DNA of 64,000 bases from an uncultured Anaerolineaceae bacterium (lineage in GTDB: Bacteria > Chloroflexota > Anaerolineae > Anaerolineales > DRMV01), in the NCBI GenBank assembly GCA_964386185.1, contig CAYLRJ010000033.1, positions 100 to 64,099 on the forward strand, given 5' to 3'. A model generated the notes under the pieces. That model did no database searches, was not told where the DNA came from, and worked only from the letters and a program-made list of their open reading frames with translations. Below are positions 1 through 8,526 of this stretch, piece by piece. Position numbers and translations under genes: made by a program. Each line of letters starts with the position of its first letter. The stretch's first letter is position 1.

Positions 1-139
1 ATTTTTTGCGTAGGGGCGAGGCGCCGCCTTGCCCTATCCCCCTTCCGTGCCCTCTGTGGCTCCGTGTGCATCCCAACGCGGAGCAGCGCTCTGCCCCTAC
101 CGCCCAAAAGGAGAGGCAAGAAGGCACCACACCAAACGA

Positions 140-205
140 CCAAGTAACCAGGCAACCAAGTAACCAATACCCAGTACCCAATACCCAATACCCAGTACCC
201 AATCC
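140..205. repeat. Short tandem repeat array: 3 x 8-nt units (CCAAGTAA/CCAGGCAA/CCAAGTAA) followed by 6 x 7-nt units CCA(A/G)TAC
   Basis: Read directly at 140-205. It lies in a non-coding stretch 3' of rsmI and no credible ORF covers it. Confidence 0.85.
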
Positions 206-267
206 CTGCACCTTTGCCCTTTGGGAGAAGGGGGAACCAGGGGGTGAGGGCGGGCAGAAATTGTGGC

Positions 268-1113
268 TTAGGCGGAGGCGGTCGGGTTGTGTTTGTGGTG
301 CAGGATGCGCTCGTAAACGGCGCTGCGTTTCCAGCCGCTTTGGGCGGCCAGGCGCCGCGCGAGGGCCGAGGGGCTTTCGCCCGCGGCCAGCCCTTGGGCG
401 ATGGCCGCGTCAAGGGCGTCGGCATCCCACACGGTGGGGGCGGGCGTTGCCGGGCCTGCGATGAGCACGAATTCGCCCCGTGGGGGGTGCTCGGCGAAGT
501 GCGCTTGCGCGTCGGCGATGGTGCCGCGGAGGAATTCCTCGTGTTGTTTGGTCAATTCCCGCGCCACTGTCAGCGGGCGCTGGGGGCCGAGCACCGCGGC
601 GAGGTCATCCAGCGCGGCCGTGAGGCGTTGGGGTGTTTCCAAGAAGATGAGGGTGTAGGGCAAATCGGCGACGGTTTGGAGGAACTGGCGCCGCGCCGCG
701 CGCTTGCGGGGCAGGTAGCCCAGGTAGAGAAACGCCTCGGTGGGCAGGCCCGAGGCCACCAGCGCGGCCAGCGCCGCGTTGGGGCCGGGCACCGGCACTA
801 CCCGATGGCCTGCTTCCCAGGCTGCCCGCACCAGCGCGGCCCCCGGGTCGTTGATGAGGGGCGTTCCCGCATCGGAAACCAGCGCGACGTCGCCTTGGGC
901 TAAGGCTTCCAGCAGGCGGGGTTCCCGACGGCGTTGGTTGTGTTCGTGGTAACTGATGAGGGGGGTGTGGATGTCGTAATGTGCGAGCAGTTTTTGCGTG
1001 CGGCGGGTGTCTTCTGCTGCAATCAGCGAGACCTCGCGCAGCACCCGCAAGGCGCGCAGGGTGATGTCTTCCAGGTTGCCGATGGGGGTGGAGACGATGT
1101 AAAGGGTGGACAT
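268..1113 (-). CDS. rsmI: 16S rRNA (cytidine1402-2'-O)-methyltransferase RsmI
   Basis: 281 aa. N-terminus MSTLYIVSTPIGNLEDITLRALRVL...AEDTR is typical of the tetrapyrrole-methylase-fold RsmI family. Confidence 0.9.
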   Translation of the reverse strand: MSTLYIVSTPIGNLEDITLRALRVLREVSLIAAEDTRRTQKLLAHYDIHTPLISYHEHNQRRREPRLLEALAQGDVALVSDAGTPLINDPGAALVRAAWEAGHRVVPVPGPNAALAALVASGLPTEAFLYLGYLPRKRAARRQFLQTVADLPYTLIFLETPQRLTAALDDLAAVLGPQRPLTVARELTKQHEEFLRGTIADAQAHFAEHPPRGEFVLIAGPATPAPTVWDADALDAAIAQGLAAGESPSALARRLAAQSGWKRSAVYERILHHKHNPTASA

Positions 1114-1120
1114 GGCTGGC

Positions 1121-1756
1121 TTAGGCCGCGACGAGGATGGTGCGCGCGGGCGCGCCTTCGCTGCCCACTAATTTGAGTGGGAGGCAGTAGAGGTGATAGC
1201 GCCCCGGCGGCACCGCGGAGAGGTCGAGGGTTTCGATGATGATGACCCCAGCGCGCAGCAGTACGCGGTGGGTGGGGCCTGGATTGTCGTAAGGGGCAAT
1301 GGAAAGGTAATCATTGCCGACCAAGCGTATCCCTCGCTGCACCAGGAAGGCCGCGCCGTCTTCGGTCAGGGCGATGTAGTCGGTGTGGAACGAAGCGTCG
1401 CCTTGGGCCCACCAGCGGGAGTTGCGGGTTTTGAAGAGCACGCGGGTGGCGTCCGCGGGCAGGGCGGCTTCCAGCGCAGCGGCGGTGATGTGGCCTTCCA
1501 GCGCGGTGAAGTCCAACACATCCACCGGGCCGGTGAGTACATCCAGCGCCAGGGTTTCCACCGGAGCTCCATCGGCCAGGAAGTGATAAGGCGCATCCAC
1601 ATGGGTGCCCAAATGCACACCGCTGGCCAAGCGCGAGACGTTGGCTTCTGCGCCTTCTTCTATTTTGAGGAAGCGCTCCAAGACCAGCTCGGGGTCGCCA
1701 GGCCAAATGGGCGTTTGCCCTGGCGCGATGGGGACGGACACGTCGTAAATTTTCAT
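1121..1756 (-). CDS. Cyclase-family metal hydrolase (kynurenine formamidase / arylformamidase-like)
   Basis: 211 aa with VHLGTHVDAPYHF, matching the HxGTHxDxPxH signature of the cyclase family. Starts 7 nt upstream of rsmI. Confidence 0.75.
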   Translation of the reverse strand: MKIYDVSVPIAPGQTPIWPGDPELVLERFLKIEEGAEANVSRLASGVHLGTHVDAPYHFLADGAPVETLALDVLTGPVDVLDFTALEGHITAAALEAALPADATRVLFKTRNSRWWAQGDASFHTDYIALTEDGAAFLVQRGIRLVGNDYLSIAPYDNPGPTHRVLLRAGVIIIETLDLSAVPPGRYHLYCLPLKLVGSEGAPARTILVAA

Positions 1757-1771
1757 CGCAGCGGCTCCTTT

Positions 1772-2902
1772 CTATGGCCGAGGGGCGGTCAGGCTGCTGG
1801 CCCGCAGGGTGTAACGGGCCAAGGCTTCGCGGTTGACGGTCACGCCCAGCCCTGGGGCTCGGGGCACGGTGATGGTGCCATCGGCGTTCAAGGTGAAGCG
1901 TTGGTGGGTGATGTCTTGGGCATAGTAGCGGTCGGTCGCCGAGATGTCGCCGGGCAGGCGAAAGTTAGGCAACGAGGCCAGAGCCAGGTTGGCCGCGCGG
2001 CCGATGCCGGTTTCCAGCATGCCGCCACACCACACAGGCACGCCTTGGGCTTGCGCCAAATCGTGGATGGCCAAGGCATTGTGTAAGCCGCCCACACGGC
2101 CTTGTTTGATGTTGATGACGCGGCAGGCGTCCATTTCCAGAGCTTGAGCGGCGTGGCGGGGCAAGCGGATGCTTTCGTCGAGGCAGAGGGGGGTCTGGAA
2201 TTGGGCTTGCAGTTTGTGGTGTTCCCAGAGGTCGTCTTCGGCCAGGGGTTGCTCGATGAGCAGCAAGTTGAGGTCGTCTAAGGGGCGGAGGGCCTGGGCG
2301 GTTTCGAGGGAGTAGGCGCTGTTGGCGTCCACTTGGAGCATGATGTGGGGGAACGCCGCGCGCACGGCTTGGGCGTCGCCGACGTCGCGGCCGGGTTTGA
2401 TTTTGATTTTGATGCGGCGGTAGCCTTGTTCCAGGAAGTGGGCGACACGGGCCACCAGGGCCTCGGGGGAGGGTTGCAGCCCAATGGAGACACCCACGGG
2501 CACGCGCTCGCGCGCTCCACCCAACAGGTCTTGCAGCGAGCGGCCGGTGCGCTTTCCTTGGAGGTCCCAGAGGGCCATTTCCAGGCCGGCTTTGGCCATG
2601 TTGTGGCCTTTGACGGCTGCCACACGGCGTTGGAAGTGGGCTGCGGGGTCGGCGTCATCAAGGGCGGCTTGGAGGGCAGCAGGCCCCAAGAACGCAGTCA
2701 GGATGTGCCAGGCTGTGCCGGTGGTTTCGTATGAAAACCCAGGGTCGCGGTCCGCGGCGCATTCGCCCCAGCCGATGCGGCCGCTTTCGTCTTCGGCTTC
2801 GATTAAGATGCACTCTCGGTGGGTGATGCGCCCAAAGGAGGTTTCGAAGGGGTGCTGGAGGGGCATGCGAACGTGGTAAAACGCAAGGCGGGTGAGTTGC
2901 AT
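1772..2902 (-). CDS. Enolase-superfamily o-succinylbenzoate synthase / N-succinylamino acid racemase-like enzyme
   Basis: 376 aa. Barrel motifs seen: KIKIKPG, MLQVDANSAY, LIEQPL, LCLDES, INIKQGRVGG. Confidence 0.85.
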   Translation of the reverse strand: MQLTRLAFYHVRMPLQHPFETSFGRITHRECILIEAEDESGRIGWGECAADRDPGFSYETTGTAWHILTAFLGPAALQAALDDADPAAHFQRRVAAVKGHNMAKAGLEMALWDLQGKRTGRSLQDLLGGARERVPVGVSIGLQPSPEALVARVAHFLEQGYRRIKIKIKPGRDVGDAQAVRAAFPHIMLQVDANSAYSLETAQALRPLDDLNLLLIEQPLAEDDLWEHHKLQAQFQTPLCLDESIRLPRHAAQALEMDACRVINIKQGRVGGLHNALAIHDLAQAQGVPVWCGGMLETGIGRAANLALASLPNFRLPGDISATDRYYAQDITHQRFTLNADGTITVPRAPGLGVTVNREALARYTLRASSLTAPRP

Positions 2903-2926
2903 GGCGGCTTCCTCTTCTATGATGGG

Positions 2927-3820
2927 TTAGCCCAAGGTGGCTTCGCTGTGGGAAAGGACATAGAAACTACGGGGTGGGTTTTCGGGGAGGTAGATGAAAT
3001 CGGTAATCATATAGCCTTTGGCAAACAAGTCTTCGAAGATTGCGCGGGCGTGCAGGCGCCAGCGGAGGGCCAAAGCGGGCGCTTGTTGCCGCATGGTTTG
3101 GAAATCGGGCGGGATTTCGACGAGCAGGAGGTCGCCGTGGGGCTGGTGGGGCGGCGGCATCGGCTCGGGGAAGCCGTGGGGGCCGCGCGCGGTGGGGTTG
3201 AGGATGGCCGCGCCCGCGCTGAGGTAGTGGGCTAAATCCAGGGGCTGGGGCGGGGGGTCTTCCAGGCGGCGAAGCACGCGCGGCGATTCGACCCACATCT
3301 CAACCAAAAAACGGTCGGAGGGGAGCCCGGCGTTGAGGCCGTCGCGCATGGTGCCATACACTTCGCGCAGGTAAGTGCGGCAGATGCCCCCCAGTTTTCG
3401 GATGTTGAGGTGGGCGTTGCGGCTGAGTAGAGGGTCGTAGGTCCAAGTAATGAGCGGAAGACCCTGGTGGCGCACCCATTGCCATTGGGCGCGTTTGAGA
3501 TGAAAACTCAAGCCAAAGTTGCGGAATTCAGGGCGCACACCCAATTGGTGAGAGCAGTGTTTGAAGCGCCAGCCTTGGGGCGTTTCGTCCATGCAGGGGA
3601 AGCCATAGACAAAGCCGGCCATTTGGCCGCTTTCCTCGTGGTAGGCTCCTAAAACGACACCGCCGTTGTGGGCGATGGTGAGGAGCAGGTGATCGGGCAC
3701 GATGTCGGTTTCAGAGCCCGGCCAGACAACGCGTTGCACGGCTTCGACCTCGGTCATGGCCTCGGGGGTTTCGAGAAAACGGATGGTGAAAATTTGTCCG
3801 CGCAGGCGAAGACGGCGCAT
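2927..3820 (-). CDS. GNAT-like acyltransferase (COG3375-type), putative
   Basis: 297 aa, no TM segment. Size and the NGGVVLGAY...GFVYGFP core resemble the GNAT family often found next to menC-like racemases. Call rests on memory. Confidence 0.5.
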   Translation of the reverse strand: MRRLRLRGQIFTIRFLETPEAMTEVEAVQRVVWPGSETDIVPDHLLLTIAHNGGVVLGAYHEESGQMAGFVYGFPCMDETPQGWRFKHCSHQLGVRPEFRNFGLSFHLKRAQWQWVRHQGLPLITWTYDPLLSRNAHLNIRKLGGICRTYLREVYGTMRDGLNAGLPSDRFLVEMWVESPRVLRRLEDPPPQPLDLAHYLSAGAAILNPTARGPHGFPEPMPPPHQPHGDLLLVEIPPDFQTMRQQAPALALRWRLHARAIFEDLFAKGYMITDFIYLPENPPRSFYVLSHSEATLG

Positions 3821-3823
3821 AGG

Positions 3824-4753
3824 TCACCTCGCAAACAGAGTGTGGAGCAGGCGGCGACGCCAAGGGATGGTTTTGAGGTAATCCAGGTGGTGGGCAAAGC
3901 GTTCGGGAAGCAAGCCGAATTCGCGAGGAAGGGTATCGGTGGCTGCGATGCGGTCGGCAGCGAAGTAGTCTAACCAGAGCGAAGAGACCGGCAGGCGAGG
4001 GAAGAGGTAGCGCAACCAGACGGTTAGATGGCGCAGGTGAGCGGGTGAAAGGCCCCAAAAGCGGCGTTTGAGCCCTAAGGCCGCGGCGACGGTTTGGCTG
4101 ATTTCCTGGAGGCTGAGGTGTTCGCCGCCGCCCAAGGGGATGGTTTGGCCTTGAGGGGCGAGGGTTTCCAGGGCCAATGTGAGCGCGGCGGCCAAATCTT
4201 CCACCCAAAGCGGCTGTAAAAGGGTGCGCCCGTGGTTGGGCAAGGGGAAAAACGGCGTGGCGTGGAGTAGCAGGGCCAGGGTGTTGGTGAAGTCGTCATC
4301 GGGGCCGAAGGGGATACCAAGGCGAAAAATGGTGTAAGGCACTTGCGCCCGTTGGAAGGCGATTTCGGCCAGTCCGTGGGCTTTGAACCACGGGTAGGCG
4401 GAAGCGGGTTCGGCACCGAGGGTGCTGAGGTGTAAAATGTGCGCGATGTGGGCCTCGCGCGCGGCTTCGCTCAAAGTTTGGGCTTGACGCACCAGCGTGA
4501 GGAGGTCTTCTCCCTGGGCGGGCATGGCCGCACCATCGGCTGAGATCACGGCTTCGATGCCCACCAGCGCGGCGCGTAAGCCTTTGGGATCGTGCGGCGC
4601 GGTGAGCACGGCCTCAACAGAAACCCCTTGGGGCAGCATGGGGCTTTGTGGTCCGGGCGGAATGAGGGCGCGCACCTGATGACCGGCCTGAACCAGATGG
4701 CGCACGATGGCCCGCCCGACGAAGTTGGTGCTGCCGATGACAAGGATGCGCAT
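3824..4753 (-). CDS. NAD(P)-binding NmrA/atypical-SDR family protein
   Basis: Start chosen at MRILVIGSTNFVGRAIVRHL (GxxGxxG Rossmann motif). The ORF-track extension to 4831 has no support. Confidence 0.75.
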   Translation of the reverse strand: MRILVIGSTNFVGRAIVRHLVQAGHQVRALIPPGPQSPMLPQGVSVEAVLTAPHDPKGLRAALVGIEAVISADGAAMPAQGEDLLTLVRQAQTLSEAAREAHIAHILHLSTLGAEPASAYPWFKAHGLAEIAFQRAQVPYTIFRLGIPFGPDDDFTNTLALLLHATPFFPLPNHGRTLLQPLWVEDLAAALTLALETLAPQGQTIPLGGGEHLSLQEISQTVAAALGLKRRFWGLSPAHLRHLTVWLRYLFPRLPVSSLWLDYFAADRIAATDTLPREFGLLPERFAHHLDYLKTIPWRRRLLHTLFAR

Positions 4754-4993
4754 GGTGTCATTATATCGCACTGGGGCGCGGCCGGGCTTTGCTACCCCCA
4801 AGACGCGCTTAGCGTTGGCGAGGCGCGGCAATTGGCCTGGGGAAAAGGAGCCCTGGCTGGGTTGAGGCCTGTTCCCTGCGTGTTTTCTGCAACGAATGGT
4901 GTTCCCTTAGCCTTCAAAGGTGACTTGAAAAAGCCGTGTAAAAGGGCGTTGTTGACAGAAATTATTTATTTTCACTTTAGTTGTTGCAAAACA

Positions 4994-5002
4994 TGTTATA
5001 AT
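4994..5002 (+). promoter_or_regulatory. Extended -10 promoter TGTTATAAT
   Basis: TGn + TATAAT at 4994-5002 inside an AT-rich island. ATG at 5012 lies 9 nt downstream. Confidence 0.5.
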
Positions 5003-5011
5003 GAAATGACA

Positions 5012-6061
5012 ATGAAACCGAAATCCTGGCAATTAGGGTTCGTAGCGGGGGTAGCAATCATTTTGGTGACTTTGCTTTCCCATCCGGTGGCGTATGCCGA
5101 CGATGGGAATGGGGCGCGCTATTTCCCTGCCACTGGGCATACGGTGCAGGGGGCTTTCCTTGCCCTGTATGAAAGCATCCCCAACGCGGCGATTGTTGTT
5201 GGAGCGCCGATTTCGGAAGCCCTCACCCGTCGAAACGGCAAAATTCAATATTTTCAAAAAGCCGTCTTTGTTCAACCGTGGGGAAGTGCCCAGGCCGAGT
5301 TGCTGCCGTTAGGGCAGGAAGTTTACCGTTTGCTGGCGCAGCGCGGCGACGTCACCTGGGCGCCCGCGGCAGGCATCGGAAGCGGCACCTTGGCGTGCCA
5401 ATATTTCCCCGCGGTGCAAGGCGACACATTGCCAGTGTGTGGTAAATTCCTGCCGACCTATGAGCGCTATCGCGGCTTCCTGGGCCGTGTGGTGAGCCAA
5501 GCGCTGGACGAAGTCGTTGGCATGCAGCGAACCACGGTGCAATATTTCGAATACGGCCGTTTGGAACTCCGCTTAGGCGCGCAAAACGATTGGCAGGCGA
5601 CTTTGAGCCCCTTGGGGGAACTGTATTTCAGTTTGCAAGGCGAAGATCCTGCCCTGCTCGACCCCCGACCGCCCAGCAACAACGCGCCCGCCTTTTCTGT
5701 GACCTCGTTGCAAGTCTTGATTAGCGTTGAGCACTTGACCTTGCATCAAAACGAATCGCAGACTATTTACATCACCGTGCTGGACCAAATCGGGCAACCA
5801 GTCACCGGGGCCGCGGTGCAGGTGGACCTTTGCTGGTTGGACGATCACGCCGATGTTTCACCCGAGGCGCAAACCGTCACCACAGTCGGCGCGCTCGGAG
5901 AAAAATGTGTGCCTGTGGGGGAAGTTTGGACGGACGCCGAAGGGAGAGGCACTGTGAAGACCGTCGCGCCCGCGACCATGGGGCACATTGAAATCGAAGT
6001 GCAAGTCGAGGCCCAAGGCGTCACCGCCCACGGAAAGAGTTCCTTCCGGGTGTGGTGGTAG
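5012..6061 (+). CDS. Secreted hypothetical protein with C-terminal Ig-like (Big-type) domain
   Basis: Signal-like N-terminus MKPKSWQLGFVAGVAIILVTLLSHPVAYA. An alternative ATG at 5006 adds MT. The C-terminal 100 aa look like a beta-sandwich (TIYITVLDQIGQPVTGAAVQV...). Confidence 0.6.
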   Translation: MKPKSWQLGFVAGVAIILVTLLSHPVAYADDGNGARYFPATGHTVQGAFLALYESIPNAAIVVGAPISEALTRRNGKIQYFQKAVFVQPWGSAQAELLPLGQEVYRLLAQRGDVTWAPAAGIGSGTLACQYFPAVQGDTLPVCGKFLPTYERYRGFLGRVVSQALDEVVGMQRTTVQYFEYGRLELRLGAQNDWQATLSPLGELYFSLQGEDPALLDPRPPSNNAPAFSVTSLQVLISVEHLTLHQNESQTIYITVLDQIGQPVTGAAVQVDLCWLDDHADVSPEAQTVTTVGALGEKCVPVGEVWTDAEGRGTVKTVAPATMGHIEIEVQVEAQGVTAHGKSSFRVWW

Positions 6062-6091
6062 GCTTGCCGGCCCAATTGGGGGGAACGTTTG

Positions 6092-6100
6092 TGCTATAAT
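6092..6100 (+). promoter_or_regulatory. Extended -10 promoter TGCTATAAT
   Basis: Read at 6092-6100. The ftsK ATG at 6111 is 10 nt downstream and there is no SD in between. Confidence 0.55.
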
Positions 6101-6110
6101 CGTTCCTACA

Positions 6111-8495
6111 ATGGCGCGGAAAACGACCACCAAAAAAGGCAAAAGCCCCAAAAAGCGCACCACGCGCAAAGCCGCGCAGGGGAAAAAGCGCGGCGCGTCA
6201 CGCGGCACACGCACAACGCGGAAAAAATCCACCTCAGCGCGGCGGCGGAAGACCTCCGCGGCCAAAAAGTCTCAACCTCGGGCGACCCAAGCCATCAGAG
6301 CGGCGCTCCCTAAGCGCTCTTTGCCCCGCCTTTCATCCGAGCGCAAGCGCGACCTCTGGGGCGTGGGCTTGCTTGTGGCGGGCTTGCTCACCCTGGCCAG
6401 CTTGATTTGGCCCGCGGGAAGCGCCCTGCACCCTTGGGCCTCGTTTTGGCAGCGGGCCCTGGGTTGGGGATTGTGGCTCTTTCCATTGTGGTTGCTGTTT
6501 TTTGGCGCGGGCATTCTCTTCCGCCGCAGCGAGCGCTTGCTACTTTTGAATTTGGAACGCACCATCGGGCTCTTGGTTGTTTACACGGGTGTGTTGGTTG
6601 GCTTGCACCTGCCGTGGAGCGCGGCTGGGCAAGAGGCCATGTGGCAAGCGGCATCTCAGGGCCGTGGCGGCGGTTATGTTGGCGCAGCCCTGCTGTGGGG
6701 TTTGCTCAAAGCCGTGGGCCTTGGCGGCGCGATGGTGCTGTGGGCGGCGTGGCTGCTCTTGGGGGTGGCGTTGACCCTCAACCGTCCGGTGGCCAATTTC
6801 TTTGGCTGGGTGCCCTTGAGCGGGCGTTGGCTGCAGCGCCAATGGGAAACCCGGCGAGCAGCCTGGCAAGCCAAACGCGCCAAACCAATTCGGGGCGTGG
6901 AAGCGGAGCCTGTTTCCCGAGAGGCATCGGCGGCCTCGCCGAACACCCCAGGAGCCGCTGGCGCGGCTTCTCCGGTGCAGGCCGCACCCAAAGCATGGGT
7001 GCTCCCCTCCGTGGCCGAAATGTTGGACGAAAGCCCCAGCGAAGCCTGGGAAGCCGAAGAGGTCGAAAGCCGCGCCCGTTTGATAGAAGAAACCCTGGCC
7101 CTCTTTGGCGCCCCGGCCAAAGTGGTCGAAGTGCAGCAGGGCCCCACGGTCACCCTCTATGGCGTGGAACCCGGCTACGTCGAAACTCGGAAAGGCCCCA
7201 TGCGGGTGCGGGTTTCGAAAATTGCTGCCCTGGCCGACGACTTGGCTCTGGCGTTGGCCGCCAAGCGGGTGCGCATTCAAGCGCCGGTGCCTGGCAAAGG
7301 CTACGTGGGCATTGAGGTGCCCAATGAGCGCACCGCCCCCGTCACCCTGCGGCAGGTCATCGAAAGCGACGCATTCCGCCGCCTGAAATCGCCTTTGCGC
7401 TTTGCCTTAGGCAAAGACGTGGCCGGCAACCCCGTGGCCGCAGACCTGGCGGCCATGCCCCACTTGCTCATCGCTGGCGCGACGGGTTCCGGGAAATCGG
7501 TCTGTGTGAACGGCATCATCACCTGCCTGCTGCTGCACAATACCCCCGCCGACTTGCGCCTCTTGTTGGTTGACCCAAAGCGGGTGGAACTGAGCGGCTA
7601 CAATGGCATCCCGCACCTGTTGGCTCCGGTGGTGGTTGATTTGGAACGCGTCGTGGGGGCTTTGCAGTGGGTGACCCGCGAAATGGAACGCCGCTATAAG
7701 CTGTTCGCCAGCGCGGGCACACGGCATATCGTGGACTACAACCGCAAAGCCCTCAAAGAAGGCAAAGAAAAACTGCCCTATTTGGTCGTGGTCATTGACG
7801 AATTGGCCGACCTGATGATGATGGCGCCGGAAACCACCGAGCGCACCATCACCCGCTTGGCGCAATTGGCCCGCGCGACGGGCATTCATCTCATCATCGC
7901 GACCCAGCGCCCCTCGGTTGATGTGGTCACTGGCATCATCAAAGCCAACTTCCCGGCCCGAATTGCCTTTGCCGTGGCCTCGAGCGTAGATAGCCGCGTG
8001 ATTTTGGATCAGCCGGGCGCGGAGCGCTTGTTGGGGCGAGGCGACATGCTTTTCATGGCCCCAGACGCGCCGGACCCCATGCGTTTGCAGGGCGTCTATG
8101 TTTCCGACGCGGAAATTCGGCGGGTGGTGCAATATTGGCGTGAGTTTGGGCAGGCTGCCGTGCCGGGCATCGGGGGTGTGGTGGACGCGCCACCGGAGCA
8201 CATCCCCCTGAAACAGAAACCCTTGTGGGAGTTGGAAGACGCCGAACCCCAGAAACCTACCGACCCCCTGTGGGATGAGGCCGTCGCGCTGGTGCGGCGC
8301 GAGGGCAAGGCTTCGGCCTCGCTGTTACAGCGGCGCTTGCGCATTGGCTACACCCGCGCGGCGCGCCTGGTTGATTTGATGGAAGACCGGGGCATCGTCG
8401 GCCCTCCGCAGGGGGGCACGGGTGTGCGCCCGGTTTTGCCCGAAGCGCAGCAACACGCTCAGGCACCTTCGTCGGATTCAGAAACCCCATCATAG
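6111..8495 (+). CDS. ftsK: DNA translocase FtsK/SpoIIIE
   Basis: Lys/Arg-rich tail, then TM segments. Walker A GATGSGKS, VVVIDELADLMM, and a C-terminal gamma winged helix LLQRRLRIGYTRAARLVDLMEDRGIVG. Confidence 0.95.
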   Translation: MARKTTTKKGKSPKKRTTRKAAQGKKRGASRGTRTTRKKSTSARRRKTSAAKKSQPRATQAIRAALPKRSLPRLSSERKRDLWGVGLLVAGLLTLASLIWPAGSALHPWASFWQRALGWGLWLFPLWLLFFGAGILFRRSERLLLLNLERTIGLLVVYTGVLVGLHLPWSAAGQEAMWQAASQGRGGGYVGAALLWGLLKAVGLGGAMVLWAAWLLLGVALTLNRPVANFFGWVPLSGRWLQRQWETRRAAWQAKRAKPIRGVEAEPVSREASAASPNTPGAAGAASPVQAAPKAWVLPSVAEMLDESPSEAWEAEEVESRARLIEETLALFGAPAKVVEVQQGPTVTLYGVEPGYVETRKGPMRVRVSKIAALADDLALALAAKRVRIQAPVPGKGYVGIEVPNERTAPVTLRQVIESDAFRRLKSPLRFALGKDVAGNPVAADLAAMPHLLIAGATGSGKSVCVNGIITCLLLHNTPADLRLLLVDPKRVELSGYNGIPHLLAPVVVDLERVVGALQWVTREMERRYKLFASAGTRHIVDYNRKALKEGKEKLPYLVVVIDELADLMMMAPETTERTITRLAQLARATGIHLIIATQRPSVDVVTGIIKANFPARIAFAVASSVDSRVILDQPGAERLLGRGDMLFMAPDAPDPMRLQGVYVSDAEIRRVVQYWREFGQAAVPGIGGVVDAPPEHIPLKQKPLWELEDAEPQKPTDPLWDEAVALVRREGKASASLLQRRLRIGYTRAARLVDLMEDRGIVGPPQGGTGVRPVLPEAQQHAQAPSSDSETPS

Positions 8496-8526
8496 CCTGC
8501 TGCAAGGCAGACGCTGGAGGTCCCCT

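Noticed and set aside
1193-2086. 297-aa + strand ORF (and neighbours 214-903 and 2333-2734) lying antisense to rsmI, the cyclase gene and the enolase gene
   Set aside because: These are Gly/Arg/Ala/Val-rich, low-complexity translations opposite genes with clear family motifs. This is the typical shadow-ORF artefact of GC-rich DNA.
4592-5005. Long 5' extensions of ORF-track entries (4592-5005, 5988-6110, 40476-40691, 41643-41726, 49363-49824, 51011-51178, 53706-53750, 57015 ORF up to 58820, 63772-63858)
   Set aside because: The extensions overlap upstream genes, promoters, CIRCE or terminators, and they encode low-complexity sequence. Internal ATG or GTG codons with an SD or a -10 box give canonical family N-termini.
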